A stretch of DNA of 53,126 nucleotides, the filler included, from Catajapyx aquilonaris (taxonomy: Eukaryota): NCBI GenBank assembly GCA_000934665.2. It is 2 parts of 2 records of this genome, joined end to end, with 100 filler letters (N's around TTAATTAATTAA, not from the genome) between each part and the next. Parts side by side here need not be neighbours in the genome. Positions count along the whole stretch, not along the records: positions 1 to 26,311 come from JYFJ02005223.1; 1 more part is not named here. One strand, given 5' to 3'. The position numbers were made by a program, and so were the translations under genes. The notes under the pieces are model-generated. The model saw only the letters and a list, made by a program, of their open reading frames with translations, was not told where the DNA came from and did not search any database. Below are positions 1 through 13,269 of this stretch, one piece after another. How positions within the stretch are numbered: the first letter of the stretch is position 1; every line of letters begins with the position of its first letter.

Positions 1-733
1 TCTCCGTAATGAGGCTGCCCAGACATATGACTCCTATACTTAAATCGATCCTCTGGTGGCTAGGAAGGCAGTCATATACGTCGGGGCACTGAGTTCAAAT
101 ACACCCTGTATATCTTAGGCTCCTTTTCTCTCTATCGGTGTATAGGCTACTGTATAACCACACGTGTAGAGTCCGCAAGATAATCATCGACCCATTACAT
201 GCAGTTATGAAATTAGCATGCAGCCTGAGAAAAAGAAGACTGCAGCAGTGTTATAGACTAAGCATGTGTATTTTATGCTACAGTCATTATTTACATTTTG
301 CAGTATGGCTACACACACAAACATCATTTGTAACATGAACATACATATTATGTTTTTAAATGCATTCATCCAATTATTATCTTTCTGGACGACATATTTT
401 GATGTTACATATTTACTGTATAATTAGGTCCATACATTCGTACTGCATATGTATGATTCCTATACGCAGGATTATAAATAATGTTCAACATTACTACAAC
501 AGAAAGTTAATTTTACACTACACTATACAATCATGTGCAGTGATTCCCCCATGCGCTTAGCGTAAAATTATTCACAGCCATTCACACGTAAGCCCGAATG
601 TGTACCTAAATACGCATACAGTCTGGAGGCAGTATCTGCATGAAAGCTTAAAATCACCCAGTATAAATCAGCAAGTGCAAAAAATGCAAATGCGTCCAGG
701 GGGGTGGTGATATAAATTGGGTGCGTGTACAGG

Positions 734-734
<1 letters not shown>

Positions 735-794
<60 letters not shown>
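735..794. repeat. (CT)n/(GA)n microsatellite, about 30 units
   Basis: Read directly; explains the RERERE ORFs at 654-889. Confidence 0.98.
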
Positions 795-797
<3 letters not shown>

Positions 798-3700
798 CCT
801 AGCGAGTGTGCGGTAGGGGATACATGCACTCCCGAGTCGAGCTCCCCATTTCGCCATCTCGTAAATGATCTGGCCACAGACCGCAGCACTCCCTAAACCT
901 TTTGATCTAAAAGGGGCAAAAAAAGAGTAGATGGCAAAAAGTCTCGACTATGCCTCTTTCTCGTCCAGATGACGCCTCGATTTTAATCACTGTCGTCCAC
1001 TCTTGCCCAGAAGCCACAAAAGGCCCCGTGCACTTAATTAAAGGGATATACTGTATAGGTTTCAAACGCGGCAAAACGGGGAATTATATCTGATGTCATT
1101 CAGTTTGGTTGCTGAACTTGTGCCAATTATTTTGCATAATATACAGTATATGCATCGACGAGCTTGATGAAACTCGTGGATGCATTTCCAGTAGGAATAG
1201 AAAGGCAGGGTGTGTCATACTCATGCGCAAAGGTCCATGATTGGTTAATGTGGAAAGAGGCATGAAACATACAATAACATAAGGTGGCATAAATTCAGCG
1301 GAAAGTTCGAGACAAATATTGTCAGGCAAAAACTCGGTCCCATTCATTGCACGATAACAAATAAGACACCTCTGAACCCATTTAAAGCAAGTCAGCTTCT
1401 ACCTTTTTCCCCTCTATACTGTACACGGGGCACTGGCATACCTAACTCTATTTTAGGCTATACATATTAGACACCCACTATACATCATCTGACAAAGATG
1501 AAGCTAAATTCGCAAGATGGGTACGCAAGAAAATGTCAATTTGAAAGCCTAATAGCAAAAGGCAGAATATTATAGGACGATGGCCCTACAGGTTTCAACG
1601 TAATTGACGTAAACCTTTCTGCCATAAGAGAGACTTCAATTATTCCTGCATAAAAGGCAATATTGCTCGGGACAAGGTAACTACATTAGGTCCTCTAAAA
1701 GTGTAACCGAGAAGGAAACCCTCTTGTATAAAAATGAAAGACAAATCTGACATTCTAATAATGACAAACGCTGCTGGATGCTACCGAGCGAAGAGATGTT
1801 TACATAGGAAATTCCATTTACAGTACTTTGTCATGCACCGAAATGCCACTCCCATTTTCCCCGAACTCTCAACCACATTTGCTGTTGTTTTAATTTCATG
1901 CGCATAAAACACCTATCTTGCTTTTAACCACATTTGCTCATACAACCTTTTCATGTGATTACGCCTGCAAGGCGGATATGAAGAGCTGTTGTCTAGTACA
2001 GCTGGTAATGATTAAAAGTAGGAGGGCCGGGAGGACTACGCTGCTTGACGAGAATCAAAACGCCACAGAGAAAATGTAATTGGCGAAAAACATAAGATGA
2101 ATTTAATCCAGGAAACTCATTCTCTTAATTAGAACGGCAAACTTTGCACGCAAACAGTCTTCTCTCTCTCCCCTACCCCTCTTTCTCTCCCCAAGCTTTG
2201 AGAACTCGGCGAAACAATCAGGCCTGGTAATGAAAACCTCATCAGATTGTCGTGATAACTACTTCGGAGGCCGAGGCTTTAATTTACTGAGCAGGGGGAA
2301 GAAATATCAAATCTCCTTTGCCTAGTCTAACTCCAAACCTTAGCAATGTGTACCTGTCACTCGTCTTCTCCTTTGTTATCCTCCACGAACGGCATATGCC
2401 ACCCATCCACCCCTCTCAAGAAGCTCTCGACAAAGCAGCAGAAGCCCGACCTTTTTCCGAAATTACGTATCCCCAGGCATTATTCCTCGTAAATGTCACC
2501 ACGCCCGAGACAATCAGTGTGCCATAAAGATAGGCACGTGCAATTACCAGATTAATTTATAACCTCTTTTCAGAGGATATTTCATGTGAGATCAGATGCG
2601 TTTCCTACCCTGCCTCTGCCTGCCTGGCTCCAAAAAAAGAGAGCTGGTAGAAACGTGTCTAGTTAGACATTGATGAGTGGGCGGGAAACCCCATGTTGGT
2701 TTTAACGGCCCGATGCACCTCCACTGGAAAGCCTTGCTTCCCCAAGTTTACTTAATGTACTATCGGGGGTAGCCTGTTGCACGACGAATGTACTGAGCAA
2801 GCAAAAATTTTCAGAGCCGACTTGCAAGTATGACGGTTTTCTTCCGGACTATGTCCACTCAAAGTAGCCCCAGTGCTAGAGCAATATCCTTTGCGCTAGA
2901 ACGCTTGCCAGCATTTTTGCAGGGACTGGAATTTCAGAGGGACTCGCCCTCTCCAGTTTAAAAGGAGACCTATTTTCAAACCAAAAACGTTGCCGATACC
3001 GGAATCCAATATAACAGAGTTAGGGTTTCACAAGCCAGACTATTATGATTTCGTAGAATGGCTCGTTTCATTGCAGCTGCTATTTCCTAGTTCTAGTGAA
3101 GGCTGGTAGTTGCATAGGAAGAAGCATTGATTTTCTGAACGATCAGTCACATTTGGGTCGAAATTGAGTTATGCTTCGTGCCATGTGGTCCTTGAGGCGT
3201 ACTTTCCGAAAAGCAGTTACGGTTCCCTGGAGAAATTTTGACAAAATATACACTATCTTATAATGTAACTTGAGTACGTAATAAAGCAGTTTTATACGGA
3301 ACTGTGACTGCTTGGTGGGTGAGAGAGACAAAGGGGTAGGGGCTAGGCTTAGTAAGTAGCTGGGCCTAGTTCCATGTGGAGCGCCCTTCCTGCAGCCGGG
3401 CGGGCACGTCACAATAAGGTATAATGCACTCTTTAAACTTCAAAATAGGATTCTTCTTAATCGTCAGGATATTAAACATATTATGCAATAAACAAAATTC
3501 GACTTGGCTTGCAGAATCTCATAAGAACAGTAATCATACACACACACACCAACAAATTCACACCCACTTTAAACCAGGTAGAAATTCCTGAAAGAATGAA
3601 TAATAAATGGAGTTTTTAGACTGGACATGAGAAGAGTTCCCTTCCCCGCGGAGCTCGAAATAGAACTGGCCCCTTTGGAGCTGCAAGGCGAAAGCTCTAG

Positions 3701-6700
3701 TCACTTGGCTGCAACCAGTGTAACGAGACACACATTGTAGAGAAGCAACCGACTCGGAACGGAATTCAATCGTGCCTTCATTCCACCTTTGAAACGTGAA
3801 TAAACGGAAAGATCCACCTTTGTTAGAATATCCGACAGTGGCCCTACTTCTGCCGTTACTCGAGCTGGGAGAGAAATGCCGTTTAGTAGGCAATTTTGGC
3901 ACCCACTTGCCTTTGAGTTTGACTCTTTCCAAAGAGAAGCGGATCAGACCTCTTTTCAATGTTCAAACTCGAAATTGTTCTCGGGAAAAGATTCCGGGTT
4001 CATTACATGTAGGTTCGTTTCAAGAGGGACAGACGAGTGGTATAGAAGAATATATTTTGAAGGTGTCTTTGTCTACTGGACAGTTTTTCAGTGTTTTTCT
4101 CAGTCTGTTTTCAAACATACACACGAATATTTAGCTTACTCTAGGCCTACTAACAAAGCAGGCATCCACTAAAATTGCTTAATTTTTTTATAATTTATGA
4201 ATGTAGATGCCATGATCCGGATGATAGAATATTTAAAACAAAAACATGGAATCAGAAAAACAAACTTCAAAATACGCATCATGCACTGCAGTTCCCATAT
4301 TATAGTTGGCACAACCTCCACGTTGCGGCTACTAAAAATACTAAAACAACAAATGGTGAGTCTGACATGAAAAGAATTATTATGGCTGACAGTCCATAAT
4401 GACAGTCATTGGCATAGGTATAAAACATATCATATTCGATCCAGTTAATTAGATCACGTGCGTTATTGACATTTAATAATTACCGTTTGACCTCCCCGCA
4501 CACGCGACCCGTAATGTACACACGCATCCTCATACATCGACGACCAAAGATATCCCAACCTCGTCCTATAAATTCCACGATGCTACTAGCAAGTCAACCA
4601 TCATAAATCGAAGCGAATAACGGCTCCATAAATCCAATCACATCTTCCCCGCAATATTGTGCCAACTTTTAATGACCTCCAAGCAAACCAATGTTACCAA
4701 CCGGTAATGCCCAGAACAACCCGTGCACAGAAACTTTGAGCCGCGGAATTGAAACCAGGACTGGTAGGGGGAAAGGGTTGGATTTAGCCGACTTTTTAGC
4801 GAGTTCACGGGACAGCGAACCTGATTTCAGCAGACACTATGTGCCGCACAGTGTGATGGACCGACGGGCAATATAAGCCAAGAGAGGTGGCGGACAAGTA
4901 GTCATGTGGTAGGGTCGGAGGGGGACCAGCATGGGAGGGGGTTGAATCGCACTACTTTCACGCTCACCAAACCGAAATTCCACCAGGCCTTGTATTACTC
5001 GCCGCGATTTTCCACTGTCAGGACACGCACCACCGGATTACCCTGGACGTGGATTCAAGGTGCTGATTTGCCCCAACTCCAAATCATTGCGTCCCTTTCA
5101 AATGGCCTCGTTTCGCTGCCCATTTCATTTAGAAAATAATTAAAAATTGAGGAGGTTAGTAGGGAGTGCAAGTTGCTATAGTGGACAAGAGACGGATTTA
5201 TTCGGGACCGGTTACGGTAAGTTGGTTCTGAGGAATAGTACTCTACTATTCCCAAAAATGATATCGGGAGTATACATTAGAAATCCACTACGTTTGAGAT
5301 AAACCAAAGCAATGATATGCCTTGCACTTGTTTACTTAGTAGTGAAGACAGAAAATCCTGGATTTCTGGCTCATTAGGATTTTTTTGGAACTAAATGGAC
5401 GCCTTCACCAGGCAAGTGAGCATTAAAATTGCTGCGTAGTGGTGAAAATAACTCAAAACTGCCAAAGTGTGCTTCATTTGTATGCCGACGATATGCAATT
5501 ACAGTTAGTTTGCATATTACCGGTGACTAATGAAACGATCTTGACGCAAGTGGACCCTGCGTTTTACGCAGGGTTAACAGGAAAATGATACATAGGTATT
5601 TGAATATTCAACATTTGTAACAGCAGGGGGATTATTTTTTCAGTGGACTTCTCAATCACAAAATGAATCATGCGCATATGTTCCCTTCGCTACCACAATA
5701 TGCTGCATTACCTGTCGCGTAATTAGGTTTTGTAAAAATAATGTTTAATTTAAGCCAGATTGGACAGTGGCATCATTTCTGAGGCGGATTCAACATAGTA
5801 TAGTTCGAAATAAAACAATCAAGAATTAATGCGCATATTTTGCTCCCGCCAATCCCTTTTTATGCTTCAACTCGTGTTGACTGCAACAAAACGAAGCGGA
5901 ATGTACGTAGTTACATTCATTACGAATTAACTGGATTCATTAGCCGAGAGGCCGAATGATAAAACGAGCTCATTACTTTTCGTAGCTCTGCATTCGGCGT
6001 GAACGTTCATCACCACTTGGGACACTTTTTAAAAAATGTGAATTAAATCCGACTAAGAGAGTAATATTAATTCAGGTTTATACGATTTAAGCCGGAATGA
6101 TTAAATCTTTGCATCAGAACAGGCGGCCTCTCTCAGTGCCAGCTGCATAATTAACGCTCTATTTTTTTTAATTTTTTTGGCCTTGCCTTGTCGCGTATAG
6201 TTCATGGCTGCCACGCACACAATAGTTGCCAGCGTTTTGTCCCCACTCGTGTCAGTGACAGCAAAGGATGGCCATCGTCAATCGTGTTGGCGAAGCCCGG
6301 ATTCCATCTTTTGTGGGGTGTGGGGGGGCACAGCGTGATGCGACAAAATTGCAACTTGGGGGGTGAGGTTTGGGGAGTTGTTCTCCCCCTCTGAAAACCG
6401 TCCGGGACATGTGTCCATCTACGCTCGAGTTCATTGCAGCCAGAATTCGCAGTATTCACCGCCATGTCTAATGCGGTCTAATTCGCAGAATTTTGGGAAG
6501 GTCCATTTTCTCCACTTTGGGAGACCTCACCTCGATTTATGCCACGTCGCTGCAGGGGACGCAAGTCATATTTCACTATCCCAGTTGTTGAACCTCACGG
6601 AGATTAACATTTTCATAAATGCTAATGGTAGTCCTACTGGGAGGAAGAGGAGGGGAAAAAAGTTAGCTGGCGAAAGGGAAAAGTCCCGAGTCCTCCAAAA

Positions 6701-9700
6701 AGTAAATTTATTTTGCAACAAATGGATTAAAAGTGATTCCATTCCCCCGAGGGGGGCCTCCTGTAAGCCGTAATGAATCTCTCCGATACAGTTGTCGGAG
6801 AAAACTTAAAATCGCCTGACATCGCACAACTTTAAAAAAAAACCTGCTTGCTAATTGATAAATTCAACTTGTTTCGCCGAATATGCCAACGTGTCGACCC
6901 CCTCCAAAACCCGCCTCTAACTCACTCAAGTCCTCCCACCAATATAACTTATGGTCTATATATTTCGGACCACGCGTTTTTTTCTGCCAACAACGGCTGA
7001 AATGGCTATTTATCTAATGCATCGAACGTACATTCATCTAGTCCGGATATGCTAACAATTTCGGCCACCCTGAAATGACAACGTTTCACGCTCGAGTCTT
7101 ATTAAAAAATATTTCCCCCCGCACTACCACAACAATTCCAGGCCAATTACCCCTCGGTTACATCCGACTGGAAAGCTTTTGGGCACGTGTTATTCTTGCT
7201 AGACCGCAGGAGCGTTCAGACACGCATGATAAAATACTTTCTGCGAGTGAATAATAAATCGACTGCGATGACTACGTATTCAACATTATCAGGATCAGTG
7301 GCATCGGTGTTATTCTGACCAAAAGTCCCGGTATGACCTCTTCACCCATATGGTAGGTATTTAGGGAACGGCAGGGATATCTGACGGTCGTGAAATTTAA
7401 TTAATAGGGCGGAAGTGTTCGGTGGTGGGTATCGATTTCACACTCCCACCCGGTACCCCACTTCGCATCCCCCTGAAAGCCATATTTTTTTGTGACGGCT
7501 TTCCGAGAAACAATGGACCTCGATTTTACAAGCTCTCTGCTGGAAATGCCCATTATAGTATATCTTGCAACAGCCGGGGTGTAGCCATCTTGATATTTAT
7601 TTTTCCCGCTCCCTCCGCTGCAGCCAATGAGCTCGCAGGATGGAAACCCGGATGGAGCGTGGGCCTAACCAAAATGAGGAAAAAATTGCCGATATAGCCA
7701 AACACAAATGATATTATACTGGGAAAGTTTCCGAATGATTCGCTAGTAGCCGGCAAATCCCAATGTAAGGCTCCTCTTCATTTTTAAAGCGAATGGCGAT
7801 GAAAGGATGAGCTGCACATGCTGCAAGAAAACGAGCTTCTGAGAAGACCATCAAGATCCGGAAGAGCTGGTAACTGCTGCATAGGAATGAGGAGGGGGAG
7901 AGAGACGACTTGACACACCCACACACGCACACCCACACACAATCTGAAGAGGAACCGTATTCCTTATCCCCTCCAAACTCTTACTCAAACCCCGCCCTGA
8001 CAAGAAAGCAAGAACGGGATAATTCCAGGCTCGTAAAATTTGACGACATTCCCTTTAGCCGGAGCAGAGAAAAATGAGAGGTTACGACGAGGGTTATCTT
8101 GTTGGCACTTGGGGGAGTCCGAGGCAAAACTGCAAAGCGGACAACGGGGAATGCCAAAAAATGACGCCCAAAATATGAGGCGCACCTCGCCGAATGGGAA
8201 GCGTGCGAATAATAATAAAAAGTAGCAACAAGTAGTCCGCATGTGTGGAATTGAATTGTTTATTTCACGAGTCAATATTTGTCAATTTGCCCCTAAAACA
8301 CTGTTATCTAGTGAAATGAACCGCAGGAAATGAAATCCCCATCGGTTCATGACAGTGACACAAACGCGATGTCAATTTTTAGTTGCCGACTGCTATTGAA
8401 ATGTCACAAACATCGGTTTCCCCCGGTACCTTACGCATAGTAAACAGCACGATTATGGAGCAACTTTCGGAACATGTAACTATTCAAATCATTTCCTTCT
8501 CTCTCTCTCCACTTTCTCCAGAAACTTTGACATATTGCCCATCTCCACCATTAGCATCAGGCATCTAGTTGCCCTACTGACCCCAAAGACCTAGGGGTTA
8601 GCGACATGGAAATTTTGCGGGCACAAATGCAACCAACTTAAGAATGGAGTAGCTTCCAGACCATTACTTTTAGGCTTTCAACACCCCTTCCACTTGCCAT
8701 GCTCCACATCCCCAACAAAAAAAAAAGATAAATGCGCTTACTCGTCACATTTCCTCTTATAGAAATCACAGACTAGAAGCAGCTCTTGAAAAGCGGAAGG
8801 TTCCGCCAACCAGATCCTTGGAATGACTTTTATTAAGAGATCCTTGGCCAGGAAATCTCCCAAGACTACTGGATGTAGTATCCGCAATAGAGAATACCTA
8901 AAGAGGAGAGCGGGCGGACCCATTTTCCTGCCGAAATTCCTTAACCCTTTATCAAGTGTCTGGTGACCGCATCCACCTTGCAGGGTCTATATCCAGCCAC
9001 AGGCTATAATGTGATAGTAATGGACGGTTTCCCCTGGGCGAACTTGCAGCTCCGGTTGTGAACTTGGTAGCAAAGGGATTATTTTTTAGCCTGGGAGTTT
9101 ATCGAGTGGGCAAGCTTTGACCTTAAATTGATAAAATAATCCTGGCAGCTAAATTAGGGTCATATTAGAGGACGGCGATCGCCTGGTATGCTGCACTTTT
9201 TATCGCGACATACTGTGATAAAAAAGACCCGGTTTTGTCCACCGCAGACTGCTACTTCTTCCGTAAATTTCAATCGTCCTCATACATGTGCCGCTGCACA
9301 TAACAAAAATGATAATAAAACCCTCTTCGCTAACACCACCCATAAAAGGCCAAACACTGCACGACCCCTGTGTTTCAGCAGAAATAACTCACAGTCAATG
9401 TGTGTCACACAGACGTAACAAATGTCAACGACTTGTCCAGAGGACCCCCTATCGGTGTCTGATTAATGGCAACTATTGCTAGTTAACGCAGGACGTGGGA
9501 TGCATGGCAGAGGGTGCCATCTTTGATGGGTTGGCGTACAATCCGCCAACATCGGTTGTAATTGTGCTTTACGACTCGCTCCCTCGACAGAAAATGACAA
9601 GCACGTGTAACACTCTCCCAGCATAATTTTTACATCTGTTTAGAATCCTACATGATTTGACAGTATATCGTCCTACTTCATATATTGTACAACGCAGCTA

Positions 9701-10055
9701 TTATTATTGCACGAATCTGTCAAACCGTTGCCTATGTAAGAAAACGTGTGAAATTGAGTGGGTAGCACGGAGTGCGTCTTTTTTGCGTCGTGCACGTACT
9801 GAATTCTACCCGGCCATCCCTTGGCACAAGAGCGCCCATTTCCGGGCCTTACAATCACCGTAAAAGGAGTTGTTTACTCGGCACAGAAAGTGGCTGCCAT
9901 CTCGCCTCTTGGGCAGCTCGGCTTGCTTCCTATAAACCTGCGAAAAATGGGCACATAAAAATCTACCTACACCTAGCCTGGAATGTTAATAAAATTGGTT
10001 CCGATGTCGGGCTTTCGCGGTTTCTGGTGGCAGTCAGGATTTATTTTTCACTGCC

Positions 10056-10057
<2 letters not shown>

Positions 10058-10086
<29 letters not shown>
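10058..10086. repeat. (CT)n microsatellite
   Basis: Read directly. Confidence 0.95.
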
Positions 10087-10089
<3 letters not shown>

Positions 10090-10411
10090 CCTCAACCGTT
10101 TGTTTATCATGTTATTCTCTGACTTTTGCCCGGGTGTTCACCAGTTAAACAGACTGTCTCATTAGTCATGTTAGGTTCAGTACAAGCACCAAACGCACAT
10201 GAATAATGATGAACCCGCTGCGCTGCCTTAAAATTGTATGAGAACTGCAGTATTACTATTATTATTTCAGTATAGCACCTAAATTAATATCCCAAATTTA
10301 ATTATGTAGTGACATGCAAACAGAAACGCACGGTTATACCCCAATACCACAAATTATAATACTATGTGTATATACCATTGAAGGGATGTCCCTCATGGCT
10401 AGGGTACAGTA

Positions 10412-10695
10412 CAGTGTTGGACATTAATCGCTTCATACTACTAGCGACATTTTCCGATGCAGCAGGCGTGCAAATCGAAGTGATAGAGTGCGAGCCGTGC
10501 CAGTAAGAAATTGTAGCCCTTGGGTGACGTCACTGGCTGGGGGACAAGACTTTTCTCTATAGCCACCCAGCCGGTGACGTCACTCAAGGCCTACCTCTTC
10601 TTACTCGCACGGCTCACACTCTATCACTTCGATTTGCACTTCTGCCGCATCAGAAAATGTCCCAAGTGGTATGACGCGATTAATGTCCAACACTG
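10412..10695. mobile_element. Tc1/mariner-type fold-back MITE (284 bp)
   Basis: Perfect 20-bp TIRs CAGTGTTGGACATTAATCGC / GCGATTAATGTCCAACACTG flanked by TA (10410-10411 and 10696-10697). The inverted symmetry continues for about 130 bp per arm. CAGTG ends with a TA TSD are Tc1/mariner hallmarks. Confidence 0.92.
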
Positions 10696-13091
10696 TAAGC
10701 ACTACTATATGCAACTATCAACTGCGGCATAACTGGTGCATACTACAGTAAAACATACTAAATAAAACGTACTACAGATAAGGCGGTGGGGGGAATCTGC
10801 TTTTTAATAGAAGACGAAGTATATTATAGCTAAACTGTGGACCAATTATGTATATAGAAAATATTATCAGTATCGTTTCAGTTCATCGATTTTGTGGTAA
10901 GTTGTTGATATTTTGTAATTGCTAGGCTACAGTTACAAAAATCCTCGCAGTCTACAAAGCACTGAACTTTGACCTGGTACAACTTCCAAAAAAAGACCGT
11001 TCGCAAACAGTCGGCAGTACCAAATAAGACAAATGGCTATGTGAAATTACATTTCTGGCCTCCAACTTTCCCCAAATTGAATAATAAAGTAGGTAATTTT
11101 AGCATGTTCCCTACCGGAACGTACAAATCACGCGGCTCAATTCAGCTGGGTGGTAGATTGGCGAAAGGAAAATGAAAGAAAGTTAAAAAAAGTAAGTAAG
11201 AGTGTAAGGAACAGTTCAGTTGGTCCCTTTTTTTTTCCTCCTCCTCCTTTCCCCTCTGTCCCAACCACTCGAGTCGTAATGAGAACGGAACCAAACATGA
11301 TTGAATGGACTTTCATCTCCCATTTTGGGGCGAGGAGAAGAAACCGCCGCCGACTTTTCTTTCTGCTCGCCATGTAACAAAAGGCCACAAAGGGCTTCGA
11401 GACGAGGCTGCAAGATGGCACCCATTCCTACTCCTGAAGGGTAGGACATCAATCACTGCCGCCAATGAAGAAAACGTTCCTCGGGACTAGACTGGAGCAA
11501 TGCAGCAGGGGGGAAGGAAAGGATCAACAATCCCAGATTCGTGGAATCCATGCCAATAGACTATGAGCAGTACCGGTTTACAAAAGCCTGTTACAGCGCT
11601 CGCTTCATGCATTAGACTGCATTATTAACCGGGTTGGGGCGGATCCAGAAAGGTAGATATCCATCCCTCCCATCCCCCAGCACCAACCCTGCTCCCCACC
11701 CCCTGGAGACATAATTGCTACCAACACATCCGAATTGCGCATTAGGAGACATCAAAAGATCCAACAAGGCATTAGTCGGACATCAAACAATGCAATTTGT
11801 GCGTGCAAGCTGACCCCCAGGCGAGGAGCGTTCCCAGCACAGTCAGCCATTTGTGATCCTCCTGCAGTTAGTGCACCTCCAAAGCACACACTTTGTCCCC
11901 TGAAAAATACTCATCGTACCGGAAACAAACCCCTCCAATTGAAGTGCCTGTAGCGCTGATGCACTTGCTGATTATACATATTCATGCAGTTATCTTCCCA
12001 CCCTCCCTGCTCCCATCTGGCTCTAAAAAGAGTCGCACTATTTACCAGTCCTTGTGAGAGCAATGGGAAAAACCCTAGTACTTCACAAGTTGCGCGCCAT
12101 CATCCATATTGGTACAGCGATGCTGTCATGTCGAGTCCTGTCAGTCAGTCTGAAGAGGACCGCTACATGCCATGCGACTCTGTCTATTTGGCAAAATTTC
12201 TGGCGACACGTGTTTACTCAGTCAGCGCTATAATTAACTCACCGACGCAACCCGAGTTGCAACTAGTTACAAGTGCTCTTCCGGGCTCTACCCAATATTA
12301 TCAGTTGCATGCTGCCTGTACAATGAGGCTAACGTGTCATGTGGTAGCATGGCAAGTACGGGGTTATGTGAATGCCATTCAGTGCACATAACACCCTTGG
12401 GAGTGTTTATGTGCGTATTTATATAGATTTCTTATACGATTGCGTATATACAACATTGGCACCAAAAATTACAGGCCTATCAAATATTATTGTAAAACAC
12501 GCTGCACACTGCACACTTGTACAGTGTGCAGCATGTAAACCTAATTACAAACTGTGCATTGTACAGGACGAAAACTTAATTACATACGCCACATTTAGTC
12601 CCCGCCGGAATAATGTGTACGTAATGTACTGTAGGTCCAAAAAATATTCTCTTTCACGCAAAATGCGGCGCGTAGCGTGCCTAAAACTCCGGTACTGCTC
12701 TTGGTCTTGGCCCCAACCCCTACTTTGAAGCAGTGATAAAACCAGAGGAGGAAGAGAAACACCGCGTTTCAACCGCATTTCACCGATATAGGCAATAACG
12801 GAAGTTGCGTCCGCCTTATTACGAGCTCGGTGGCATACGATAGCTAGACATGTAATGCACTATGAAGCGGGACATCACACCGCCCTTTAGAGTGAGGAAA
12901 CGAGCTCCGCAAAATGCCCCAGAGAGTCCGGGAGCCCCATTCGCACACACTACTACAACCCCCACCCAACCCCCACCCTTCCCCCAGGATGCAAAACCGA
13001 CAATATTGTCGGACATGTATACACCAGATCGCAATACAAAGTCCTACCCAACTCCCAGCAGCACAACGGCCAGGAGAGCATGCGTCCTTAC

Positions 13092-13269
13092 CTGTCCTCG
13101 AGGTCGTTCTCGGCTTTGGACACAAAGGCCAGCTCGCTGAAGACGTACACCCGACGGCCGTCTTTGTACCATCGGATGCTGTGGAGATCCCCGCATCCGT
13201 CCCTGTTGATCTCGCACGGCAGGCTGATTGCTTGTCCGACCAGGCCCGACATTTGCACGTCGGCCATGC
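13092..13269 (-). CDS. Internal coding exon of an IgSF cell-adhesion protein: N-terminal half of a V-type Ig domain (neuromusculin-like or Sidestep/nephrin-like; partial gene)
   Basis: Minus strand reads ttgttttgcag|GC ATG GCC GAC...GAG GAC AG|gtaagg, a canonical acceptor and donor (phase 1 in, phase 2 out). It encodes (G)MADVQMSGLVGQAISLPCEINRDGCGDLHSIRWYKDGRRVYVFSELAFVSKAENDLEDR, with the Ig G-x-x-hydrophobic-x-L-P-C strand, the conserved W of W-Y-K and a terminal R. It is GC-rich relative to its flanks. The family assignment is from recall of the CGxLHSIxWY pattern, not from a search. Confidence 0.9.
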
